A stretch of DNA of 64,000 nucleotides, taken from NCBI GenBank assembly GCA_051546255.1, contig CP128822.1, forward strand, positions 124,001 to 188,000, given 5' to 3'. How positions within the stretch are numbered: the first letter of the stretch is position 1; the number at the start of each line of letters is the position of its first letter. The notes below the pieces were generated by a model. The model searched no databases. It had not been told where the DNA came from and saw only the letters and a list, made by a program, of their open reading frames with translations. Made by a program: the position numbers and the translations under genes. The DNA is from Meyerozyma guilliermondii. Taxonomy: Eukaryota. Of this stretch, positions 21,692-32,174 are shown in pieces.

Positions 21692-22909
21692 CTATACCAC
21701 GAGTTCTTCAGGAACTCTCTTTTTTGCAACCTCAGCATCTTCCCTTTTCTCTCCATACTTTGGATAGTCGTTGTATCCAAAGTCGCTTCTACCGTAAAAC
21801 GTTTCTCTCTCATAAGGGGCAAGCTGGTGACCCTTTTCGAGTCTTGAAATGAGATCGGGGTTGGAAATAAAGTACCGACTGAATCCAACGAGTGTACGAC
21901 CATCGGAAACATCATCGAGTAATTGACCAAACTTTGGTGCGTCATAGGTGTAGTTTCCCGCTTTCAAGATGGTTCCCTTCCACAAGTCCTTGACAAAGTC
22001 ATTGTTTCCAGTTTGGTCTTTTTTCTCAACAGAATTGATACCATCGACTCTTGGTTCCACCAAAGAAATATACGCCAATCTGTTTCCGGCTTGTGCTCTC
22101 TTTTCCAATTCGTTAACCAAGTAACTGTAAGTAGTCAATGGGTGCACCTCGCCATGAACGGACTTCATACCTTGGAAAGTAGCCCATGGTGAAATTCTGA
22201 TACCGAGTCTTTCAGCTCCAACTATGGAGATCATGTGGTCAACAAGTTCCAACACAAATCTCGCACGGTTCTCAATGGATCCACCATATTTGTCTGTACG
22301 CTTATTACTGGACTCTTCAAGAAATTCGTGCAACAAATAGCCGTGGGCTGAATGAAGCTCGATATAATCGAATCCGGCTTCCAATGCATTCTTTGCAGCA
22401 ATCGTATACTGCTCGTAAATCATGTCCTTGATCTCTTCTTCGGTCATGGCACGAAGTGGGTTTCCAGCCTTTTCAGCAGCTTTCTTAGACTCTTCGTCGA
22501 AATAAATCGCTGAAGGAGCCAAGAACGGTTTACCTGCTTTTTTCAAAAGTGCTGGGTCTCCGGTTCTTCCCAAGTTCCAAAGCTGAATAGATGCAAATGA
22601 CTTGTTTTCATGGATCTTGTCAATAATATGTTTCCATGTTTTTGTTTGTCTTTCGGTCCAGATTCCAGGAACACCTTCGTACAATCCAGCTTGAGCAGAT
22701 GGAAAAGTGCCCTCAGAAATGATTAATGTTCCGGGAAACTTTGATCTCTCGTCATAGTACTTGTATGCCAAGTTGGACGGCGTGTGGTCCTCCAAAGATC
22801 TGGTTCTTGTGGTTGGTGGGAAGAACACTCTGTGTGAAAGGGTGTTCTTTCCAAGCTTGATTGGTTGGAATACTTGTGTTTCACCTAAGGGATTGATGTT
22901 TACGCTCAT
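21692..22909 (-). CDS. Old Yellow Enzyme, copy 5
   Basis: PTTRTR, QLWNLGR, ELHSAHGYLL; ATG at 22909; very similar to copy 4. Confidence 0.96.
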   Translation of the reverse strand: MSVNINPLGETQVFQPIKLGKNTLSHRVFFPPTTRTRSLEDHTPSNLAYKYYDERSKFPGTLIISEGTFPSAQAGLYEGVPGIWTERQTKTWKHIIDKIHENKSFASIQLWNLGRTGDPALLKKAGKPFLAPSAIYFDEESKKAAEKAGNPLRAMTEEEIKDMIYEQYTIAAKNALEAGFDYIELHSAHGYLLHEFLEESSNKRTDKYGGSIENRARFVLELVDHMISIVGAERLGIRISPWATFQGMKSVHGEVHPLTTYSYLVNELEKRAQAGNRLAYISLVEPRVDGINSVEKKDQTGNNDFVKDLWKGTILKAGNYTYDAPKFGQLLDDVSDGRTLVGFSRYFISNPDLISRLEKGHQLAPYERETFYGRSDFGYNDYPKYGEKREDAEVAKKRVPEELVV

Positions 22910-23566
22910 GATATGTTGGATGTCGAGGGTGATCTGGATCCTTATATACCTTCGAAACAATTACAAATTGCCGATATCTTTCAGATCCGATTACACATTT
23001 GCTTACATTTGTAATTTTGCTGCAAATTCGCAGCCTTCGCGGTTACCGCATTGGGTGAGACATCGAACAAATTCATACCAGAAGACCCTGTAATAGAAAT
23101 GATTTTAAACTACTATGACATTCAGACTACTATGATGTCACTGGTTTCAGAAACTAATCACAATTCTTTGGTCGACTAATTGAACTATAACGTCGAAAAG
23201 TCCTTCATGAAAATGCCGATATGTCCGAACCGTGAATTAGCTCAGCCGAATTTCTGACAAAATTTCTTCCGCGGGTATCGGTTATCGGCTACAATTGCTA
23301 AAGTTACAAAAGTGGCTTTGACACGTAACTAGAATCTTCTGAGATCTGCAAGAAAAAGACAATTGGCTTGGCTAGTGTAGTTGAGCAATTTTTCTCTTAC
23401 TGCTTTCAGTAGATCAATTGGTTCGGCCGAGCCCAAGTGGGTATTACCGACAACGGCTGCGGCTGATGTCAAGCGTAAGCTCTAAATAAGTAAGTGCTTC
23501 CTCAGTAAGGCTACGTTACGCAATAAGCAAACCGGTATATTCTATCTCTACGATTCTATCTCACGA

Positions 23567-24661
23567 TTAAAGCTTAAATGCCTTTTCAAGCTCGGTGAAC
23601 ACAAATCTGTATCTCACGTCACCAGCCTCACATCTGTCCAAAGCCTTGGTCACGTTTTCTTCGCTGATAGGAACCTTTTCGATCCATGGCTTAACACCCT
23701 TATCGGCGGCAATTTGAAACATTTTCAAAACTTCCTTCTTGCTTCCCAAAGCAGTAGCTCCGAAACTACCTCCGGTGGAAAGGAAAGTGAAGGGACTAAC
23801 AGAAAACTTTTCTGAAGTGGGTGGAAGTCCAACGGAAATGAACTTACATTCCACTTTGGAAACGTTCAAGTAGTGGTCCAAGTTCAAACCTTCAACACCA
23901 GAACCACAGTTCAACACCATGTCGAATTTGTCCAGGTATTTCTTGTACCAGTCCTTGTCTTCGGCCGTAGCAACAAAGCCTGTAGCACCCATATCCAAAG
24001 CTTGCTGCTTTTTAGACGAGCTTCTAGAAAATGCCCATACTTCGGCACCGATAGCATTGGCAAACTGAATAGCCAAATGGCCCAATCCACCAATACCGAT
24101 AATGGCTACGGATTTACCCTTGGCGTCGTAGCCCAAGGTTCTCACCAAAGGAGAAAATACTGTCAAACCAGCACACATCAATGGAGCAGCAACGTATGGA
24201 TCCAAGTTTTCAGGAAGAGGGAAAACGAACATTTCATTGGCAATGGAATGCGATGAGTAACCACCTTGCGACACGTATCCGTCTTGATACTTGCTGTTAT
24301 AAGTTCCAACACTCTTACGACAATATTGTTCGTTATCGTGTTGACAACGGTGGCAAGTCATACAAGAACTGGACTTGGCACCAATTCCAACTCTCTGGCC
24401 AACTTTGATCAGCGTAACTTTGTCACCAACGGAGATAACATCACCCACAATCTCGTGTCCCACAACGAGACCCTTACGGTTCAAAGGAGCCCAATTTCCT
24501 TGCAAAGTGTGAATGTCCGAGTAGCACAAACCACAAGCAATGTTCTTCACCACAACATCATTAGGACCAATTGATTTTCTCTCATACTCAACCAACTTGG
24601 GTTTATTCCAGTTTTCTTTATCGTCGACTCCAAAACCTTGAAATTTATCGGGTACGGACAT
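23567..24661 (-). CDS. NADPH-dependent zinc alcohol dehydrogenase (cinnamyl-ADH, Adh6/Adh7 type)
   Basis: CGLCYSDIH, GHEIVG, structural-Zn CxxCxxC...C, APLMCAGLTVFSPL, GIGGLG, SRSSSK, DVRYRF; ATG at 24661. Confidence 0.93.
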   Translation of the reverse strand: MSVPDKFQGFGVDDKENWNKPKLVEYERKSIGPNDVVVKNIACGLCYSDIHTLQGNWAPLNRKGLVVGHEIVGDVISVGDKVTLIKVGQRVGIGAKSSSCMTCHRCQHDNEQYCRKSVGTYNSKYQDGYVSQGGYSSHSIANEMFVFPLPENLDPYVAAPLMCAGLTVFSPLVRTLGYDAKGKSVAIIGIGGLGHLAIQFANAIGAEVWAFSRSSSKKQQALDMGATGFVATAEDKDWYKKYLDKFDMVLNCGSGVEGLNLDHYLNVSKVECKFISVGLPPTSEKFSVSPFTFLSTGGSFGATALGSKKEVLKMFQIAADKGVKPWIEKVPISEENVTKALDRCEAGDVRYRFVFTELEKAFKL

Positions 24662-24974
24662 TATATACAAAATAAAATACCTTGGTGGATATACCGTTGT
24701 AGTCGCGCCCTTAAATGGTGCGACGGTTGCGGCGGCTCACATTGACATTTATAAGCCGACGCGCGATGAGGTAATGTCGGTTAAGATAACGGCACAAAGC
24801 TGCAACGGAGTTAGCGAAGAAAGAAAAGAACGGTACAAAATTGATTAGAGAATGACGGAAGAGAGTCGAAGTAGTCAGATTAATTAGCAGAATGAAAGTT
24901 TGGATTTTTCGACCGTTTAGTTTCGGAGTCGGAGCTGTCAAAATTACTCTGTGCAGGTAAGCGCCGTAGGCCCT

Positions 24975-25009
24975 ATAACGGCGTTAATAACGGCGAAAAT
25001 ATAACGGCG
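24975..25009. promoter_or_regulatory. 3 x ATAACGGCG cluster upstream of the ADH gene
   Basis: Copies at 24975-24983, 24987-24995, 25001-25009, plus ATAACGGCA at 24786. Function inferred. Confidence 0.55.
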
Positions 25010-26375
25010 TTTAATACTGCAAGATTTATGACGTAGAATAGAAAGGGGTAGTATACACTTTACAAAGAAGTTAGAAAAAGTACTTATTGGCATTATTCAT
25101 CACATGCGACAAGTAATGGTAACAATGAAATAGAAATTAATGCCATTATCTATATAATGTGTCTAACTAAAGTGCACCATTCTTAGCTTTCTGATGAAGC
25201 CAAAATGACTCAGAAAACTCCTGTACAAAGATCAATGTATAAACTTCGACTAAGATTCTAGAATTAGCTCAATGAAGAGATATAGAACGACTGATGAATT
25301 TCTTCCTGCTAGTTTAGCATTACCTGGAGTTTTTCTTGAAGCCCAATTTTTGGCTGCAAATTCTTGGTTCACCATAATTGACTTTCAAAGGTTACTCCAT
25401 TAAACTCCACGTCTTTGTCTCACTTTGTCTTTCCACCAGTGAGATTCTATTGTGGATTTCTTGCGACTAAAGTGGTTTTATGGTTGATCAAAATTCTCAT
25501 TTTGAATGGAAAACCTCCAAAATTTTGGTAAAATTGTGCTTGTTCTCGCCTCAGAGAAGTTATCAGAGGCTGAATCGTTAGTTTAGTGTATAATTTAGGT
25601 TACCTGTTTCTATTCGTGGCTTGACAACGGAATGAAACTCATAAGAATTCTCAGAAGACTTGCAAATAGTAATCAACTGAACATTTCCGTATCGTGATCC
25701 ATGGCACCACGTTCTCCAGAAGTTGAAATTTTATCAAAGGTTCAAGCTGATAAGAGTGTTGACTCTATTTGTGTAATTGCAGAAATTCAAAATTTTGTGA
25801 GTTTGAGCAATTGCAGGCTAAAGCGGAGATGCCTCTCTAAGGAGTAAACTTAGTGCGTTGCACCAATTACATACAAATTCTTTCGCACCATTTTCCGATT
25901 TTCAAGTTGTTTAAATTACTCTAAGGAATTTCCAGTAAACCTATCAAGTGATTTTCTCTATAGCAATAGAAGAATCAGTGAACACTAGTGAACCAGTTAA
26001 GTTGTAACAAGCATTAACTAGTATGATCACTTGGTCAGCTAGTGGCTTCCATGGTGAACTTACAGGTCAATCACCAATTCTGTAATTCATCCATTGCATT
26101 TCGCCTGGACTGCCTGATTCCAAACTTTCTAGTCCCACTCTTTCAGCTCGCTCCTGTATACCGCGCCGCGCATCGCTTGATTCACTGCCAATGTCGTGTC
26201 CATGTCGCGTCTATACCCATACCCTTTGGTGCATGCCAAAAAGTGCGCATGGCTAGCGATTGCAGCGAAAATCACTTTGTCCCTTTTTCCTTCATCACTT
26301 TTGATTTTGTTTTTGTAGACCTGTTTTGGAAATCCTGAGTCCCGCTGCCATCAAGGTTTTGCAGCTATACCAATC

Positions 26376-29300
26376 ATGGTCCTCTATAAACGCAAACATG
26401 TCACCTACGTACGACCCCCGCCAATTCCCGACGACTTGAACACACAAGTGTTTTACATTCCCGCCACCAAAGAGTGGTTCTACACCTATGAGGAATATAT
26501 AAAGAGGCTAGATTTCTTCCAACAACGGAAATTCGTTTGTGAAATAACCGGCAACTCATGCTTGACTTTCTTTCAAGCTCTTGAAAGTGAAAAACGAGAG
26601 ATCAAGGGAGTGGAAAAAAACTTCCCCGAGGCTCTACGAGAACATATTCTTCGGTTTCTTCAGTTTAATCGTATCACTAGACTCGATCATTTGGTGGATA
26701 AGGTGTATCTGTCGTTTCGAAATGACTATTTTCCTGGTGAAACTATCTACATAAAAGGTGCCATCGTTCCTGATCACAACGGCTCCTCGGCTGGTGGTCC
26801 CGTGGGTAAGCAACGTGGAACCATACGTGAAAAAGTTCAGTACTCCAACCCTGCCGATGGACTCACCACAAAATACTTGGTGGTGCGACTTCACGATATG
26901 CAACAGGCAATTGTCACTAAAGACAAAATCTCACGGGACCGCAATCACTTTACAAAATGGCTAATCAAGACGTTTATCAAGTTGACCATGACTCGATCTC
27001 CCAAAGTTGGAGCTCCATGGGTGGTTAAAGAAAAGTATGCCAAAAAGTACCGTATACCACAAGAATTTCCAGACGACTTACGCCACTATAAATGGTCCAC
27101 ACCCACTGCGGACGTTGTCTTTGAAGGCGACTCAGCTCTCCCGGAAATGCCCGACAGCGAACAGGAGTCCTTGGCAATTAAACGGGCTCTTGAAGCCAGT
27201 AAACGTAACAAGAAAAGTCTAGGTAAGGGAAGAAAGAAACCCGCCCTCAATAATCTTTTGGACGATTCCACCCCAGACGGTGGCGACGCCCTCGATTTCA
27301 AACCCACAGATCCCACAAAACCTCTTCCTACACACTACTTGCCTGATAAACTTCAGCGTGAACTCGATTTCGACGACTCAAAATTAGACTCGATTCAACC
27401 CACCAAGAAAAATGTTTCTGAGGACTTGGACCTCAGATTTGACCTACAGAATACGAAGCCACAACCAATGGCACCTCAACTTAGCGCCAATGCGTTGAAA
27501 CACACACAGGCATTGATCGCTCGACGCCAACAAGAAATAGACAATCTCAGTGAAGCCGAAGACGAAGTGTCAGAAAAAGTCAAAATGGACCCCACATACC
27601 GAGAGTTCTGTGAACTGGAAATTTACAGGCTTCAGCGTTCACTCTCCTTTTCTTGTGTACAAGAAGCATTGGAAACTTGGTCGTTTCTCAACATATACCA
27701 CCGTGCACTCAAGTTGGATACCTTTACGTTTGATGATTTCATTTACGCAATGGGGTGGACATGGGAGGAGTACGAAGATATAGGCCGATGTGAGCTCGTT
27801 GACGAAATCTGGTGTGCTGTGTTGGGTGCTTTTGTCTCCAATGAGCTCCCCACTTCTCTGGATGATGATGACGATGATGACGAGGTCTTTGGTTTGCTCG
27901 TGAACTTACCGGATAATGAAAAGGTGGAACCTGAGGAACCGGAGCTCAAGGCTCTGACTCCACTAAAGGAGGAAACTCCCGTGAACGAAGTGAAAAAGGA
28001 AGAAGAAGCAGACAATGATCGAGATACAAAGTCGCCAAGCGATTCTCTGGAAGACGAAGAAGAGGAAACATCTCATAATGCCTATAAAATAATGAACTAC
28101 AGAGGAACTCCATGGCATGATCGACTTCGAAAACGTAATTTCAAAGAAGGAAATTGGCAAGGTATCCTTCTAGGTGTATTATCAACGGTGGAATACGTTC
28201 CGGAATATCAGCAGTTGATTACTCGTGTATTCAAGATACTTGCACCTCCAGACCTACCAGCGAATCCCAGCACTACATTAAGCCAGTTTTACGACTCCTT
28301 TGATTTTGAGCTGCGATTACAAACATTATGCCTTCTCGTCACCCTATTATCCAATGGTACGATAGTGCGTCGTTACATTGACGAATGTCTCGAGCAGTCT
28401 ACTGTATACCGCCGAAGTAGGTTGGATAACATAAGAGACTATAAGGCCATGATGGATGTCGCTATCGGGTATCACGAGCAACTAGAGCAGGTACGAGCTG
28501 AGTTGGAGGACAAGCTTAACAAGGAGAACAACGGTGTTGCTGAGGAAGTTAAGGATACGAAGAACACATCTGAGGATAAGAAACGTGCAAAGTTGAATTT
28601 GTTGGCGTTTGAAATGAATGATGACGACAAGAAGTTTGCCGATGTGAGCGACGATTATAGAACGGTATGGGAATCACGAAAAGAAACATTACAAAAAATG
28701 GAGCAGATTAGAAAGGAGAGAAGACAAATCGAACGCAAACTAGTGGAACTTGACAGCCAAAGATTAAAGCTTTTGGGAAAAGATCGTTTGTTCAATAGAT
28801 ATTGGTGGTTTGAAAACAACGGCTTACCAACATTACATGGAACATCCAAAGATGAAGACAATGACGATGAAGAAGTTGCTGAGAGAAATGACGACGATTC
28901 CGACGTAGATGACGGTGAAATAATTGACGAGACATATCTTATGGGAACATTATGGGTTCAAGGACCCTCCAAGGATGATGTTCGTATTCACCTTGAGCTT
29001 TCTGAGACAGAAGCTGAACGACTTGGCAACTCCACTGAGCAACTCAACAAGGATGTGAAATTCCATGTTCCTCCATCTGAAGATAAAGTTGTGTTGAACG
29101 ACTTGGATTTCACGAACATCCCTGCTTCTTTTAGCACTTTAGCTGCAACCTACGAAGTAACTTTTGACAAAAACTCCGTTTTTGTTGGACTGAAGGAAGA
29201 AAGCTTTTTGGACCAATGGGGATGTCTTCGCAGAGATCATCGTTTGATAACACCTGTGCAAAGAAAACTATTAGAGGAATACCCAAGTCCCCTATTCAAC

Positions 29301-29762
29301 GGAAACAATTGGCGTGTCTACACAGAACCAGACCAGATCCAAGAGCTTCTCAACTGGCTCAATCCTTGGGGAAAGCGCGAGTCGCAGCTTCGCAAAGAGT
29401 TGGTGGTAGTTGGCGATGCTATAAAATTGAGTATGGAAGCAAGAAAAAAGGCCATGTGGCTTGCAACTGACAATGGCACCGTTAACGGCACGAAACAAAC
29501 AGAACAAAAACCTGAAAATGAAGCTGAAAGTGACGACGAGATAAATGTGTCGGCTGGAAAGCGAAACAGACAATCAACGGGAAGGAGAAAGAAAGCGAAT
29601 ATATCCGACTCGGGCAGCTCAGACGAGGAAACGAGAGTACCAATTACTCGAGAACTTAATAGGGCACTCGAGTGGATGAACTCTTTGGCGAGAGACGAAC
29701 TAGAGAAACTGTTGTACGAAGGAGGCGACAAAGCAAAAACAAAGGGAAGGAAGAAGAAATGA
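26376..29762 (+). CDS. ITC1: ISW2 chromatin-remodelling complex subunit Itc1
   Basis: MVLYKRK start, WAC domain (FVCEITGNSCLTFFQALESE), DDT (LETWSFLNIY...LDTFTFDDF), WHIM/WSD (LGKDRLFNRYWWF; WLNPWGKRESQL). Confidence 0.95.
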   Translation: MVLYKRKHVTYVRPPPIPDDLNTQVFYIPATKEWFYTYEEYIKRLDFFQQRKFVCEITGNSCLTFFQALESEKREIKGVEKNFPEALREHILRFLQFNRITRLDHLVDKVYLSFRNDYFPGETIYIKGAIVPDHNGSSAGGPVGKQRGTIREKVQYSNPADGLTTKYLVVRLHDMQQAIVTKDKISRDRNHFTKWLIKTFIKLTMTRSPKVGAPWVVKEKYAKKYRIPQEFPDDLRHYKWSTPTADVVFEGDSALPEMPDSEQESLAIKRALEASKRNKKSLGKGRKKPALNNLLDDSTPDGGDALDFKPTDPTKPLPTHYLPDKLQRELDFDDSKLDSIQPTKKNVSEDLDLRFDLQNTKPQPMAPQLSANALKHTQALIARRQQEIDNLSEAEDEVSEKVKMDPTYREFCELEIYRLQRSLSFSCVQEALETWSFLNIYHRALKLDTFTFDDFIYAMGWTWEEYEDIGRCELVDEIWCAVLGAFVSNELPTSLDDDDDDDEVFGLLVNLPDNEKVEPEEPELKALTPLKEETPVNEVKKEEEADNDRDTKSPSDSLEDEEEETSHNAYKIMNYRGTPWHDRLRKRNFKEGNWQGILLGVLSTVEYVPEYQQLITRVFKILAPPDLPANPSTTLSQFYDSFDFELRLQTLCLLVTLLSNGTIVRRYIDECLEQSTVYRRSRLDNIRDYKAMMDVAIGYHEQLEQVRAELEDKLNKENNGVAEEVKDTKNTSEDKKRAKLNLLAFEMNDDDKKFADVSDDYRTVWESRKETLQKMEQIRKERRQIERKLVELDSQRLKLLGKDRLFNRYWWFENNGLPTLHGTSKDEDNDDEEVAERNDDDSDVDDGEIIDETYLMGTLWVQGPSKDDVRIHLELSETEAERLGNSTEQLNKDVKFHVPPSEDKVVLNDLDFTNIPASFSTLAATYEVTFDKNSVFVGLKEESFLDQWGCLRRDHRLITPVQRKLLEEYPSPLFNGNNWRVYTEPDQIQELLNWLNPWGKRESQLRKELVVVGDAIKLSMEARKKAMWLATDNGTVNGTKQTEQKPENEAESDDEINVSAGKRNRQSTGRRKKANISDSGSSDEETRVPITRELNRALEWMNSLARDELEKLLYEGGDKAKTKGRKKK

Positions 29763-29811
29763 ATATATATGTATTATAGCGGTGTCAAAGTGTCATAAAT
29801 TGTCATTAGTA

Positions 29812-30741
29812 TTATTGTCTTCTCGCTCTCTTTCCACCGGAGCCATGTTCGTGTCGCCTATATTTATCGTTACGGGCAAGCACAGCTAGTTCGCGTAGCT
29901 TTTCCTCTTTTTCCTTTTGTTCTCTTAGAGCTTGTTCTTGTCTCATTTTGTTGCGCATCGAAATTTCTACTCTCGCTTCTTTATCTGCGTTCTCGAGAGC
30001 ATTGGACAAGGCAGAAAACTTTTCAACATTTAGACCATCTTGAGAATGTTCTTCTCCAGCAGTAGCAGCACTAATACGATCTTCCAACGATAAAGCAAAC
30101 CCCTGGTTATTTTTCCAATTGGAAACCGCAGCTGGAATTTTCCATTTTTCTCGGTCTTCTTTTGTCAACTTTTGCGTAGCCGAAGAGGTATCTTTGAGAA
30201 TAGGAGGTGGGGGAGATGGCTCACGGTGGCGGTTCTTACGAAGCTTGAATTTGGGTGGAAGCATAGGATCTTCTTGAAGCGTTCGTATTTGGATGGTTCG
30301 TTCTTCTTGGTCATCTCCTGTGGAATATTTGATTGAAACTTCCTGGTCTTTCTTGGAATCGTCTCTGTTGTAGCCCAATAGCTTATCAATCACCTGCTTT
30401 GTTGCGGAAACACAATTCTGGACTGAATCATCCGGACATGTTTCCCATGTATATCTTGGAAAATGATGCTTGAGATTGGGGTGTCGTTTTTTTAGCGGAA
30501 TGGAATCTTCATATGTTGCTTGTACCTTTCTGGTAGTTACTTCCGTTGCAGAAATGACTTTTTGATTCAGTTTATATAAATTTAGTTCTCTTGAAGAATT
30601 ATTGTTTTTCTCACTGTCTTTGTCAGTTTGCTCTATCCAGCTTAAACGTCCACCAGAGCTCTCAGAGATGTTGGTAGTGGCCACAAGTACTGGCTGCAAG
30701 TATGCCGAGTGCTTGGGCTTCGGAAGAAGCGAACTTAGCAT
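29812..30741 (-). CDS. PRP45: Pre-mRNA splicing factor Prp45 (SKIP/SNW)
   Basis: LPKPKH start, EDPMLPPKFK, SPPPP, WKIPAAVSNWKN. Confidence 0.93.
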   Translation of the reverse strand: MLSSLLPKPKHSAYLQPVLVATTNISESSGGRLSWIEQTDKDSEKNNNSSRELNLYKLNQKVISATEVTTRKVQATYEDSIPLKKRHPNLKHHFPRYTWETCPDDSVQNCVSATKQVIDKLLGYNRDDSKKDQEVSIKYSTGDDQEERTIQIRTLQEDPMLPPKFKLRKNRHREPSPPPPILKDTSSATQKLTKEDREKWKIPAAVSNWKNNQGFALSLEDRISAATAGEEHSQDGLNVEKFSALSNALENADKEARVEISMRNKMRQEQALREQKEKEEKLRELAVLARNDKYRRHEHGSGGKRARRQ

Positions 30742-30829
30742 CAATTTCGTATTAGTTCTACAATCTCAATTTGATTGAAAATATTCAGTGCTGCATATAA
30801 ATGTCATAAGTACGGTTGCAACTTCTACT

Positions 30830-31969
30830 CTAGAAAATGCCAAATCTCTGGCAGGTTTGAAATATCCATATGCCCATCTTGCTAAGCTTCACAGGCCTCA
30901 CATGATTTTCATCGACTGGTTTGTCGAATACTAGGTCGTCACTCGTAATTCTTTTCGCTCCGGCGAGCCTAATGAAAAGCAGAAATAAACCGCTAACCGT
31001 TTTCTGCCAAAGTGAGATTTTGACTTTGTAGTGTGGGCTTTTTTCCTTTAGAAGCGATGTCGAATCGTCTATTGATTCGAGCCTTTCTTGTTGCTCGGAA
31101 ACGAAATCAACCATCTTTGCTGGATCGTCGGAAATCACACCCATTTCGGGCAATCTATAAGCCTTTTGCAAAGCCAAAACGTACTGTAATTGTTCTTTGG
31201 TGTTCACGGTCCATGAATAGAGACCCATGTTGTACTTTCGAAGTAAGGGAACAAACTTCAAGACAAAGTCGGTGTTCCATGTCAGTAAATACAATATCGA
31301 AATGCCGGTCACTTTGAGTTTGATTCTATCGTCTGGCTGTTGATCGAGGTACTCATTGAACGCAATATAGTGTAAGGAGTCTTTCCAGGATACTGAGACA
31401 TGAAAGAGATTAACTTGACTTTTTGCATCGTGAAAAGTTTTCTGGAAAAACTGGTGCTGGTTCAAATACTTGACCATAGTGAGATCCCAGACCCCTAATT
31501 GGATGCGTGGAAGCCAATAGTTGATATCGTTTTTCACTTCAAGGATATTCAACCACAAGTACCGGAGAATCTTAGGAGGATTAAGCCGTTTAATGTCCAA
31601 CATGATTTTGTACTCTTTATGATCTCCTTTGGTTTCTATGAACGTGACGAACCATTCTAGAACATCACGAAACCTCAAAAGCTTCTCACCAGTTTTAGTT
31701 CTCAAATCTTTCAATTCGTCAAAATTGGAGTGCAAGATATTGTGGTCAGCAGGTGTTCCATCTGGTTCCACAAACACACGTTTTGTGTTCACATCGTGCG
31801 ATATTACCACCTCGTTGTCCTTGGTCAAAAACACATCGGTCTCGATATTGGTGGCTCCTGACTCATAACACTTGGAAAAACCATAGAGAGTATTCTCGGT
31901 GAACTTGGCCTTATATCCGCGATGGCCCGCAACCACGAGATCTGGAACCAGAGAAGATATATTACTCAT
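30830..31969 (-). CDS. PGC1: Phosphatidylglycerol phospholipase C (GDPD family)
   Basis: AGHRGYKAKFTENT, IETDVFLTKD...ISHD, MLDIK, YSWTVN, VISDDP; hydrophobic C-terminal segment. Confidence 0.85.
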   Translation of the reverse strand: MSNISSLVPDLVVAGHRGYKAKFTENTLYGFSKCYESGATNIETDVFLTKDNEVVISHDVNTKRVFVEPDGTPADHNILHSNFDELKDLRTKTGEKLLRFRDVLEWFVTFIETKGDHKEYKIMLDIKRLNPPKILRYLWLNILEVKNDINYWLPRIQLGVWDLTMVKYLNQHQFFQKTFHDAKSQVNLFHVSVSWKDSLHYIAFNEYLDQQPDDRIKLKVTGISILYLLTWNTDFVLKFVPLLRKYNMGLYSWTVNTKEQLQYVLALQKAYRLPEMGVISDDPAKMVDFVSEQQERLESIDDSTSLLKEKSPHYKVKISLWQKTVSGLFLLFIRLAGAKRITSDDLVFDKPVDENHVRPVKLSKMGIWIFQTCQRFGIF

Positions 31970-32174
31970 TTCCGACTATATGGAACGCTGGAGGTTCATA
32001 AAGTGCTAATAGCTAGTGTATTCTTTAAAAAAAAATGTCCCCTTTTCTACGCCACATTACGTTCTCCACGTTTCGACTATATACCGCACCTCGAGGCTTA
32101 TTGTCCTGCACGTCATGACGTGATGCTTCTCTGCGCCAACCGGCCGCACCAAAGTACGTTTTAGGCAACTTCCA

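Noticed and set aside
25010..26375. Gene-free stretch considered as centromere, LTR, pseudogene or snoRNA
   Set aside because: No repeats, TG...CA LTR pair, convincing C/D box pair or recognisable protein relic seen by eye.
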